Source of the DNA: Candidatus Rokuibacteriota bacterium
GTDB taxonomy: Bacteria; JAUVQV01; DATDCY01
DNA length: 64,000 nucleotides
Direction of reading: 5' to 3'
Assembly (NCBI GenBank): GCA_031406795.1
Contig: JANOHV010000072.1
Coordinates: forward strand, 457-64,456
Below the pieces are notes generated by a model. The model had not been told where the DNA came from. It was given only the letters and a program-made list of their open reading frames with translations, and ran no database searches. Both the position numbers and the translations under genes were made by a program. This document shows positions 18,982-30,240 of the stretch, piece by piece (the first letter of the stretch is position 1; the number at the start of each line of letters is the position of its first letter).

Positions 18982-20328
18982 ATGAGCATCAACTGGAAGA
19001 CTGCACTGGCGGGGACCGTGGCTGTCGCCGCGCTGGGGGCCGGCGTGTGGCTGGCGTTGCGCATGGAAGGCGAGCCGCCCGCGATCACGTTCCCGAAAGA
19101 GGTGCGCGCCTTCGGCCGCTCCACCGCCTGGGGCTTCGTCGTCGCAGACAAGAAGAGCGGCCTGCGCCAGGTGCGGGCCTGGGTGCGGCAGGGGGAGAAG
19201 TCCACGCCGGTTTTCTCCGAGGATTTCCCCGGCCGCGGTACGAACCGGCGTGAGGTGAACCTGACGCTCGACCCGAAAGCGCTCGGCCTGGCCGATGGGG
19301 CGGCAACGCTCGTCGTGGCCGCGCTGGATCACTCGCTGAAGAACTTCAAGGGCAACAGCGTCTTTCTCGAGACGCCGGTCACGATCGACACCGCGGCGCC
19401 GCGCCTGGACATCCTGAGCACGCAGTACAACGTCAATCGCGGCGGCGTCGGCGTCGTCGCCTACCGCCTGGGCGAAGCGGCGGCGCACACCGGGGTCACG
19501 GTCGGCGATCGTTTCTTCCCCGGCTACCCCGAGGCGGCGGGCGGGGCGGGAGCGTATGTCTGCTTCTTCGCGATTCCCCACGACGCGCCGGCCGCGCCGG
19601 CGTTCAGCCTGAGCGCGCGCGACGCCGCCGGCAACGAGGTGCGCCGCGCGTTCGCGGTCCGGCTGCTCGAAAAGGTCTTTCCCGCGGACGTCATCGACGT
19701 CTCCGACCGCTTCCTCGCCGCGAAGATCCCGGAGTTCAGCGCGGCGGACCCCTCGCTGCCGGCCGATCCGGTTGCGGCGTTTCTCGTCGTCAACCGCGAC
19801 TGGCGCTCCCGCGACCACCAGCGCATCCGTGAGGCGTGCGCCGCGAGTTCGCCGGCCCGCCTCTGGGAGGGGCCGTTCCTGCAGATGCCGAACACGAAGA
19901 ACATGGCGGGTTGGGCGCAGGCCCGCACCTACAAGCACAACGGGCAGATCATCGACCGCCAGACGCATCTCGGCCTCGACCTCGCCTCCACCGCCGGAGC
20001 GCCGGTGCCTGCGGCCAACGCCGGCACGGTGGTGTTCTCGGGCGATCTCGGCATCTACGGCCAGGCGGTGATCCTCGACCACGGCCAGGGGGTCTTCTCG
20101 CTCTACGGGCACCTGAGCAGCCTCGGCGCCAAGCAGGGCGAGTCGGTGGCGCGCGGCGCTGCGGTCGGCGCGAGCGGCCAGACCGGGATGGCCGGCGGCG
20201 ACCACCTGCACTTCTCGGTCCTGGTGAGCGGCACGTTCGTCAGCCCCGCGGAGTGGCTCGACGCGCACTGGATCGCCGATAATGTCGCGAACAAGCTCGC
20301 GCTATTCGGGGCGCCGGCGCCACGCTGA
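18982..20328 (+). CDS. M23 family metallopeptidase (LytM-domain), membrane-anchored
   Basis: N-terminal TM helix (MSINWKTALAGTVAVAALGAGVWLAL) and a C-terminal LytM domain with HLGLD ... DHLHFSV motifs. Start ATG 18982 with a GGAGG RBS. Its stop overlaps the terC start (ATGA). Confidence 0.88.
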   Translation: MSINWKTALAGTVAVAALGAGVWLALRMEGEPPAITFPKEVRAFGRSTAWGFVVADKKSGLRQVRAWVRQGEKSTPVFSEDFPGRGTNRREVNLTLDPKALGLADGAATLVVAALDHSLKNFKGNSVFLETPVTIDTAAPRLDILSTQYNVNRGGVGVVAYRLGEAAAHTGVTVGDRFFPGYPEAAGGAGAYVCFFAIPHDAPAAPAFSLSARDAAGNEVRRAFAVRLLEKVFPADVIDVSDRFLAAKIPEFSAADPSLPADPVAAFLVVNRDWRSRDHQRIREACAASSPARLWEGPFLQMPNTKNMAGWAQARTYKHNGQIIDRQTHLGLDLASTAGAPVPAANAGTVVFSGDLGIYGQAVILDHGQGVFSLYGHLSSLGAKQGESVARGAAVGASGQTGMAGGDHLHFSVLVSGTFVSPAEWLDAHWIADNVANKLALFGAPAPR

Positions 20329-21080
20329 TGGAACAGCTGCTGAGTTTCGAGAACCTTGTCGCGCTGCTGACCCTGACGGCGATGGAGATCGTCCTCGGGA
20401 TCGACAACATCGTCTTCCTCGCCATCCTCACGGGGAAACTCCCGCCGGCGCAGCAGGCGAAGGCGCGGCGGATCGGGCTGTTCCTCGCGATGTTCATGCG
20501 CATCGGCCTGCTGCTGACGCTGAGCTGGATCATGCGCCTGACGCAGCCACTCTTCAGCGCCTTCGGGCACGCGGTCTCCGGGCGGGATCTGATCCTGCTG
20601 ATCGGGGGCGCGTTTCTGATATTCAAGGCCACGTGGGAGATCCACGAAAACCTCGAGGTTCCCGGCACGCACGGCCCGAGCGGCCCCGCGCCCGCCTCCT
20701 TCGGCGCGGCGATCGCGCAGATCGTGGCGCTCGACATCATCTTTTCGCTCGACTCGGTGCTCGCGGCGGTCGGGATGGCCCGGCACATCGTCGTGATGGT
20801 CGTCGCCGTTGTCGTCGCGGTCGGGGTGATGCTCGTCTTCGCCGACGCGGTCTGCCGGCTCATCGAGCGGCACCCGACGCTGAAGATGCTCGCGCTGTCG
20901 TTCCTGATGCTCATCGGCGTGATGTTGCTGGCCGAGGGGTCGGGCAAGCACATCGAGAAGGGCTACGTCTACTTCGCGATGGCGTTCTCGCTGGCCGTCG
21001 AGTTGCTGAACATGAGGATTCGCCCGCACGCGCCGCCGCACCCGCCGCCGCACCCGGTCCGGGACGAGGCCGCCGGTTGA
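20328..21080 (+). CDS. terC: TerC-family integral membrane protein
   Basis: MEQLLSFENLVALLTLTAMEIVLGIDNIVFLAILTG... matches the TerC/Alx/YkoY N-terminal signature; about 7 TM helices, 250 aa. Confidence 0.85.
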   Translation: MEQLLSFENLVALLTLTAMEIVLGIDNIVFLAILTGKLPPAQQAKARRIGLFLAMFMRIGLLLTLSWIMRLTQPLFSAFGHAVSGRDLILLIGGAFLIFKATWEIHENLEVPGTHGPSGPAPASFGAAIAQIVALDIIFSLDSVLAAVGMARHIVVMVVAVVVAVGVMLVFADAVCRLIERHPTLKMLALSFLMLIGVMLLAEGSGKHIEKGYVYFAMAFSLAVELLNMRIRPHAPPHPPPHPVRDEAAG

Positions 21081-21469
21081 TCGCGCGCACCCTGCGCGAG
21101 GCCGTCTACAATATCGGCTGTCGCCTCGCCGGTTCCCCCGACGCCTCCGAGCAGGACATCTGCCTCTTCCGGAAGTTGCCCGCCGCCGCGGTTGACAACG
21201 GCCGGCGCTCTGGCGTACAACTGGGCGCATGAATCGTCCGCAGGCGGCAACTGAAATGTTCTGGTGGCGCTGGCCCGGCCCCGGCCTGCCCGCGGACTGA
21301 GCGTAGCGAACAGCACCGAACACCGAGCAACGTCAGCAGCCGCGGGAAGGCCGGGGGCACGGCCGATCCCGTGGCTGTTCTGTTTTCAGCGCCTGACGCG
21401 TCACGGGATCGTGGATGACCCCCCCTTTGCCGAAGGGGAAACACGGGGCGCCGGAGAAAGCGAGGAGCG

Positions 21470-22939
21470 ATGTTCAACCCGACGAAGGAAGAGTTCAAGA
21501 AAAAGTGCAAGGAAGGGAACCTGATCCCGGTCTCGGCCGAGATCATGGCCGATCTGGAGACGCCGGTCTCGGCGTTCCTGAAGCTCGGCGGCGGGCCGTA
21601 CAGTTTTCTGCTCGAGAGCGTCGAGGGCGGCGGTGGCTCCGGCCGCTACTCGTTCCTCGGCACCGGGCCGCGCACGGTCTTCCGCGCCAAGGGGCGTCGC
21701 GCCGAGTTTCTCCGGGGGGGCGAGTGGGCCGGGCAGGACACCGGCGACCCCCTCGGGCTGCTGCAGGACGAGCTGGCGCGCTACAAGGTCGTCCCGGACG
21801 AGAGGCTCCCCCCCTTCGCGGGCGGAGCGGTCGGCTACCTCGCCTACGACGCCGTGCGGTGGTTCGAACGGCTGCCTTCGCGGCTCAAGGACGATCTCGA
21901 TCTCCCGGACGCCTGCTTCATGCTCACCGACACGATGCTCGCGTTCGACCGCCACACCAACAAGATCACGGTCATGGCGCTTGCGCACGTCCAGGGCAAG
22001 CCGGACGCGGCCTACACCAAGGCGGTGCTGGCGATCCAGTCGGTGATCGAGGCGCTCAAGCGGCCGCTGCCGCAGGACGCCGTGTCCTACCTCGGCGGGG
22101 CGGAGTCCCGGGGCTTCAAGAGCAAGGTCTCGCAGCCGCGGTTCCACAAGATGGTCGAGGCGGCCAAGGAGCACATCCGCGCCGGCGACATCCTGCAGAC
22201 GGTGCTCTCGCTGCGCTTCGAGGCGCCGCTGTACGCCGACTCCTTCGCGGTCTACCGCAGCCTGCGCGTGCTCAACCCCTCGCCCTACATGTTCTATCTG
22301 AACTTCGGCGAGTTCGCGCTCGTCGGCGCCTCCCCCGAGCTGATGGTGAAGAAGATCGGCAACGAGGCCACCGTGCGGCCGATCGCCGGGACGCGGCCGC
22401 GCGGCGCGACGCCCGAGGAGGACCGCCACCTGGAGCGCGAGCTGCGCGCCGACGAGAAGGAGCGCGCGGAGCACGTGATGCTCGTCGATCTGGGCCGCAA
22501 CGATCTGGGCCGCGTCTGCCTCCCCGGGACCGTGAAGGTCGCCGACTACATGAACGTCGACCGCTACTCGCACGTGATGCACCTGGTGTCGACGGTCACG
22601 GGGCAGCTCAAGCCCGGGACGAGCGCGTTCGATCTCGTGCGCGCGACCTTCCCGGCGGGGACGGTCAGCGGCGCGCCGAAGATCCGCGCGATGGAGATCA
22701 TCGAGAAGCTCGAGCCGCACCGGCGCGGCCCGTACGCCGGGATGGTCGGGTACTTCGACTACTCGGGCAATTTCGACTCGGCGATCACGATCCGCACCGT
22801 GCTGGCCAAGGAGGGAAGGGCCTACATCCAGACCGGCGCCGGGATCGTCGCGGACTCGGTGGCCGAGCGCGAGTACCAGGAGTGCAAGCACAAAGCGCGA
22901 GCGCTCGTGCGCGCCGTCGAAATGGCGCAGGGCAGCTGA
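21470..22939 (+). CDS. trpE: Anthranilate synthase component I
   Basis: 489 aa. Tryptophan-feedback motif LESVEGG, chorismate-binding core (GAGIVADSVAEREYQEC), and an N-terminus typical of TrpE. Confidence 0.95.
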   Translation: MFNPTKEEFKKKCKEGNLIPVSAEIMADLETPVSAFLKLGGGPYSFLLESVEGGGGSGRYSFLGTGPRTVFRAKGRRAEFLRGGEWAGQDTGDPLGLLQDELARYKVVPDERLPPFAGGAVGYLAYDAVRWFERLPSRLKDDLDLPDACFMLTDTMLAFDRHTNKITVMALAHVQGKPDAAYTKAVLAIQSVIEALKRPLPQDAVSYLGGAESRGFKSKVSQPRFHKMVEAAKEHIRAGDILQTVLSLRFEAPLYADSFAVYRSLRVLNPSPYMFYLNFGEFALVGASPELMVKKIGNEATVRPIAGTRPRGATPEEDRHLERELRADEKERAEHVMLVDLGRNDLGRVCLPGTVKVADYMNVDRYSHVMHLVSTVTGQLKPGTSAFDLVRATFPAGTVSGAPKIRAMEIIEKLEPHRRGPYAGMVGYFDYSGNFDSAITIRTVLAKEGRAYIQTGAGIVADSVAEREYQECKHKARALVRAVEMAQGS

Positions 22940-23077
22940 GTGCGCTACGGTTCATGCGAGCCGTTCGTGCTGAGCCCGTCGAAGCATGAATGGGCGAGCC
23001 GTCCACCCTTCGACAAGCTCAGGGCGAACGGGTACTCCTTTCATGAACGGCATTACAGATAGGGGGGATATGCGGCG

Positions 23078-24706
<1,629 letters not shown>

Positions 24707-24717
24707 GCCCGTTCTCG

Positions 24718-24789
24718 CGGGCGGGGATGAACCCCGCCCCTACGGAGAGACGAAGCGACAGGTCGTAGGGGAGGGGTTCACCCCCTCCC
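24718..24789. repeat. REP/REPIN-like palindromic element pair (C-type, reverse + A-type, forward), head-to-head
   Basis: CGGGCGGGGATGAACCCCGCCCCTAC (24718-24743) and GTAGGGGAGGGGTTCACCCCCTCCC (24765-24789) separated by 21 bp, in the trpGD-trpC intergenic region. Confidence 0.8.
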
Positions 24790-24806
24790 GACAGGGGAAG
24801 GGAACG

Positions 24807-25667
24807 ATGACTGAGGCACGAAATTTTCTCGAGCGCATGCGTCCCTTGCAGGAGCAGCGCGTGCGCGAGGCCCGGCTGCGGCGCTCGGCCGCGGCTCTGG
24901 AGGCGCTGGCGGGCAAGCGCCCGGCGCCGAAGGACTTCGCCGGCGCCCTGCGGCGGCCCCCCGGCGGGCGGGTGCGACTGATCGCCGAAGTCAAGAAGGC
25001 CTCGCCCTCGGCGGGTGTGATCCGGGAGGGCGACCCGCTCTTCTTCGCGCGCGCGATGGCGGGCGGAGGGGCGGCCGCGATTTCCGTCCTGACCGAGGAG
25101 AGCTTCTTCAAGGGTTCGCTCGACGATCTGGCGCGCATCGCCGCGGGCGTTCCGGTCCCCGTGATGCGCAAGGATTTCCTGGTCGACCCCTATCAACTGC
25201 TCGAAGCCCGCGCTGCCGGAGCCTCGGCGGCGCTGTTGATCGTGGCCCTGCTCGACGATACGCAACTGGCGAAGATGCTGGCCGAAGCGGCGGCGCTCGG
25301 TCTCGCGGCGCTCGTTGAAGTGCATGACCGGCCGGAGTTGGAGCGGGCGCTGGCTGCCGGCGCGGGTATCGTCGGCATCAACAACCGCAATCTGCAGACG
25401 CTCAGGGTCGACACGGAGACCACGTACGCGCTGCGCGCGCTGGTGCCTGCCGGCACGATTGTCGTCAGCGAGAGCGGTCAGCGCACGCGGGCGGATCTCG
25501 ACCGGCTCGCCGCCGCCGGCGTCGACGCCGTTCTCATCGGCGAGGCGATCATGCGCGAGGCGGACATCGAGGGGAAGGTGCGCGAATTGTCGGGAACGAC
25601 GGTGAACCCCTATCTGGAGGCGGAGATGCAGAAGCGGTTGCGCGAGGGGGGCCTGGAAGCCCGGTGA
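24807..25667 (+). CDS. trpC: Indole-3-glycerol phosphate synthase
   Basis: RLIAEVKKASPSAGVI ... ISVLTEESFFKGSLDDL ... IGINNRNL: TIM-barrel IGPS motifs; 286 aa. Confidence 0.93.
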   Translation: MTEARNFLERMRPLQEQRVREARLRRSAAALEALAGKRPAPKDFAGALRRPPGGRVRLIAEVKKASPSAGVIREGDPLFFARAMAGGGAAAISVLTEESFFKGSLDDLARIAAGVPVPVMRKDFLVDPYQLLEARAAGASAALLIVALLDDTQLAKMLAEAAALGLAALVEVHDRPELERALAAGAGIVGINNRNLQTLRVDTETTYALRALVPAGTIVVSESGQRTRADLDRLAAAGVDAVLIGEAIMREADIEGKVRELSGTTVNPYLEAEMQKRLREGGLEAR

Positions 25668-26293
25668 GCGACCCCCGCATCACCCGCGTCAAGATCTGCG
25701 GCCTGACGAATCTGGCCGACGCCTGGGCGGCTCGGGAAGCCGGCGCCGACTTTCTGGGGTTCGTCTTCGCGCCCAGCCCGCGCCGCGTCGATCCGGAGGC
25801 GGCCCGCGGCTTCTGGCGGGAGCTGCCGCGGGGCGTGCCGACCGTCGCCGTCTTCCGCGACCAGACGCTGGAAGAAGTCGAGGAGGTTCTGCGGCTCGTG
25901 CGGCCGGATTTCCTGCAATTTCACGGCCGGGAAACTCCCGGTTTCTGCCGCGTCTTCGAGCGGCCGGTGATCCGCGCGTTTCCGGCGCGGATCACCGGCG
26001 ATCTGACGATTGCCGCGGCCTTCGTCGACGTCGCCGGGTTCTTCCTCGTCGATGTGCCCAAGGGGGACGCCGGCACCCTCGCGGCGGATGTCGCGCAGGC
26101 GGCGGTCGCCTTGCCGAAGCCGGTATTGCTCGCCGGCGGGTTGACCCCGGCGAACGTGGGCGCGATCGTCGAGCGCTTCCGGCCCTTCGGGGTGGATGTG
26201 GCCAGCGGCGTGGAGTCCTCGCCGGGGGTGAAGGACCACGCGCTGCTGCGCGAGTTCATCGGCAACGCGAAGGCCGGCTGCCGGGAACGGTAA
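25664..26293 (+). CDS. trpF: Phosphoribosylanthranilate isomerase
   Basis: VKICGLT ... ADFLGFVF ... QFHG ... LLAGGLTPANV. A GTG start overlaps the trpC stop by 4 nt. Confidence 0.9.
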   Translation: MSDPRITRVKICGLTNLADAWAAREAGADFLGFVFAPSPRRVDPEAARGFWRELPRGVPTVAVFRDQTLEEVEEVLRLVRPDFLQFHGRETPGFCRVFERPVIRAFPARITGDLTIAAAFVDVAGFFLVDVPKGDAGTLAADVAQAAVALPKPVLLAGGLTPANVGAIVERFRPFGVDVASGVESSPGVKDHALLREFIGNAKAGCRER

Positions 26294-26319
26294 TCGCCGG
26301 GGGCCCGGGCCTGCGGGCG

Positions 26320-26928
26320 CTATTCGGCCCCCAGGCCGGTGGAGAACATGATGCCCGCCGCCACCATGAGCTCGTCGACGATGCCGATGGTGTACCGGGC
26401 CTCGACGAAGGGAATGACCGTCCAGCCGGTGTTGAAGGTGCTGCCGACGGACAGGGCGAAACTGACGCCCGAGTCGCTCTGGTACTTTTCCTGCAGCGTC
26501 TGCAGTTTGTTGTAGCGGCTCAGGAGCGCGGCGGCGGTGACATCCTCGTCGGCCGGCTGGAGTCCATGATCGTAGGTGCGCTTCGCGAAAAGCAGGCCGG
26601 CGCCGGCGTAGAGGTTCGCACCCTGGCCGACGGCGATCGTCGTGAACTCGTAGAGCACGTGCAGGCCGGCATCCCACGCCCGCGACTCGACGGCCAGCCC
26701 GTCGACGTCGTCGTACACGGAGGAGTCGAAGAACTTGTGGTAGTCGGCGGCGACTCGCAGCCCCGGGACGTAATCGTCGAGATCGATTTCGACGCGCGGC
26801 CCGACGCCGAAATTATTGGACGTGCCGAGATTCGCCGTCGCGCCGATCCGCAGATCGAGCCCCTGGGCCTGGGCGTTGAAGGCCAGGAGCAGCACTGCCG
26901 CGCCGATGGCGCCGATCGCTTTCTTCAT
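26320..26928 (-). CDS. Small outer-membrane beta-barrel protein (OmpW/OmpA-TM-like), antisense within the trp operon
   Basis: Signal peptide MKKAIGAIGAAVLLLAFNAQA, alternating amphipathic beta-strands, and a C-terminal aromatic strand. Paralogous to 32088..32609 (shared FGVGxRVE, VEARY/VEARIG). Start at ATG 26928; the ORF is open to 26973. Confidence 0.7.
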   Translation of the reverse strand: MKKAIGAIGAAVLLLAFNAQAQGLDLRIGATANLGTSNNFGVGPRVEIDLDDYVPGLRVAADYHKFFDSSVYDDVDGLAVESRAWDAGLHVLYEFTTIAVGQGANLYAGAGLLFAKRTYDHGLQPADEDVTAAALLSRYNKLQTLQEKYQSDSGVSFALSVGSTFNTGWTVIPFVEARYTIGIVDELMVAAGIMFSTGLGAE

Positions 26929-27077
26929 CGTCGATCCTCCCGAATGGCGCAGATTTCCCAAGTGTCCCTGCACGGAATCTAGCCACTATCGCCGGGTACG
27001 TCAATGACCGCACGCACACCGCCCGGCTCCCGTCCGGCTCCCGGCAGCGGCCTCGGGCGCTGCGGCAGGCTTGTGCT

Positions 27078-28305
<1,228 letters not shown>

Positions 28306-28319
<14 letters not shown>

Positions 28320-29070
28320 CCTTCACCGCGCGCTCGAGAGCCAGGACATCCTGCTGATGACGCACCTGGTGCTCGGCTACCCCTCGTTCGCGGTGAACCG
28401 GCAGGTGGTGAAGCAGATGGCCGCGGCCGGGGACGAACTGATCGAGCTGCAGATCCCTTTCTCGGAACCGGTGGCCGACGGGCCCGTGATTGCCCGCGCC
28501 TGCCAGGCGTCGATCGCGCATGGCGCCACGGTGGAACAGTGCCTGGCTTTCGCCGCGGAGATGGCCGGTTCCCACCCGAAAGTGCTCTTCCTGGTCATGA
28601 CCTACTACAACATCGTCTTTCGTTTCGGCGAGGCGGCCTTCCTCGAGCGGGCCCGCCGCGCCCGCGTCCGCGGCCTGATCGTGCCGGATTTGCCGATCGA
28701 GGAGGGGGCGGATTTCTATCGGGCGGCCCGCCGCGCCGGGATCGACCCGATCCAGATCTTCGCGCCGACCAGCACGGCGGCGCGGATGCACGAACTTGAG
28801 GCCTTCGCGGACGGCTTCATCTACTGCGTCGCCCGGCGCGGCGTGACCGGGGCGGCGACGTCGTTCGGCCCGGAGTTCGGCGCCTACCTCGCGCGCTGCC
28901 GGGCGGCAACCGACTTGCCACTGGCGGTGGGCTTCGGGATCCGCGGTCGCGAGGACGTGGACCAGTTGCGGGGCAAGGCGGATGTCGCGGTCATCGGCTC
29001 GGAGACGATCCGGATCGTGGAAGAGCGCGGCCCGGAGGCGGTCGGACCGTTTCTCGCGGGGCTGCGCTAG
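28306..29070 (+). CDS. trpA: Tryptophan synthase alpha chain
   Basis: ELQIPFSEPVADGPVI, LMTYYN, and VGFGI motifs; overlaps the trpB 3' end by 14 nt. Confidence 0.92.
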
Positions 29071-29087
29071 GCGGGGAGCTCAGACAC

Positions 29088-30218
29088 TTGGGCAGAACAA
29101 CGACCAGGGTGCTCGCCCTCACGGCAGCCCTGCTGCTCGCCTCGGGCGTCGGCGGGGGGAGGACCCTTCACGCCGCCGCCCCCGAGCCGGTCGCGTCCGA
29201 GCCGGTCGCGCCCGAAATGAATCCGGGCGCCGAGAAGACCATCGAGGGGACCGTTCAGGGGATCGTCGAGGGCTTCGGCGAGAAGGTCGGGGTGAAGCTC
29301 GGCGAACAGATCGGCGAGCAGAATGTCGCGAAGATCGACGACGCCCACGAGGACTCGGCGCGCTTCATCGGCCTGTTCTTCGAAAAGGTCGACCGGGTCT
29401 TCGGGGAGCAGTATGTGGAAGACCGGGATCGCAAGATCCAGGTCCGGGCCGGTCTGGAGACCACCTTCAACGACAACGGCGACAGCATCGACACCCGGGC
29501 GAGGATCGGCCTGCGCGTGCCGCTGCCGGCGCTGAAGCGGCGGTTCAACGTGTTCGTCGACATCGGCGGGGACGCGAACGAACTCGGCGCCGTCTCCAGT
29601 CCGAATTTTTCGGAATCCGAAAAGATCGTCTCGATCGCCGCCGGCTTCCTCCGCCGCTTCGGGGACAACCTGGAAGCCGGGCTCAAGCTGAAACTCTTCC
29701 GGAGTTCCGGCGCGTTCTTCTCCCTCTACCCTTTCGTGCGCTTCGAACATCAGTACGATAAGATGCGTTATTTCTTCGAGCAGCAGCTCATCTGGGAGAG
29801 CGACAACTCCTGGAGCACCCTGACCGACTTCGACGTGGATCGCCGGTTCCGCTCCGGGCTGCTCCTGCGGCTGCGCAACCGCATCGACTGGTCCTTCGAG
29901 GATCCGGGGGCGTCGATCGCCCACGGGCTGATCGTGCGGCGGAACGTCAAGGAGAAGAACGGCGTCTCCCTCGAGTTCTGGGTGGAGTACAACACGGCGA
30001 AGAACGACCTGGAGACGATTGCCGACGACACGATCACCTACGCCCAGCTGCGGTTGCGCGGCCGCATCTGGCGCAACTGGCTCGAGTACGAGTTGCGCCC
30101 GATCTACACGGTCCCGATCGGCGCGGACCGGAACTCGTTCTTCTCCTTCTTCGTCAGTCTCACCGTGCTCTGGGACAGCTACCTCGGCGGCGACGCCGTC
30201 GGGGAAGCCAGCCGGTAG
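29088..30218 (+). CDS. Hypothetical secreted protein, probable outer-membrane beta-barrel
   Basis: Signal peptide (MGRTTTRVLALTAALLLASGVGG), a Glu/Gly-rich low-complexity linker, then about 280 aa with an alternating hydrophobic/polar pattern and a terminal aromatic residue; no recognisable family. Confidence 0.6.
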   Translation: MGRTTTRVLALTAALLLASGVGGGRTLHAAAPEPVASEPVAPEMNPGAEKTIEGTVQGIVEGFGEKVGVKLGEQIGEQNVAKIDDAHEDSARFIGLFFEKVDRVFGEQYVEDRDRKIQVRAGLETTFNDNGDSIDTRARIGLRVPLPALKRRFNVFVDIGGDANELGAVSSPNFSESEKIVSIAAGFLRRFGDNLEAGLKLKLFRSSGAFFSLYPFVRFEHQYDKMRYFFEQQLIWESDNSWSTLTDFDVDRRFRSGLLLRLRNRIDWSFEDPGASIAHGLIVRRNVKEKNGVSLEFWVEYNTAKNDLETIADDTITYAQLRLRGRIWRNWLEYELRPIYTVPIGADRNSFFSFFVSLTVLWDSYLGGDAVGEASR

Positions 30219-30240
30219 GCGCGTCTCGCCGCCTCGGCGC

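Noticed and set aside
21401-22891. 496-aa minus-strand ORF, plus the 524-aa plus-strand frame-shifted ORF 21415..22989, overlapping trpE
   Set aside because: Both lie entirely inside the unambiguous trpE frame and translate to low-complexity Arg/Gly/Asp-rich sequence. They are antisense or alternative-frame artefacts.
24718-24789. REP units contain GGTTGATCC / GGTTCACCC resembling a tRNA T-loop, considered as tRNA fragments or a tRNA gene
   Set aside because: No acceptor stem, D-arm or anticodon arm can be built around them. The palindrome arms pair with each other, not in a cloverleaf. A by-eye scan of intergenic regions found no convincing tRNA gene in the window.
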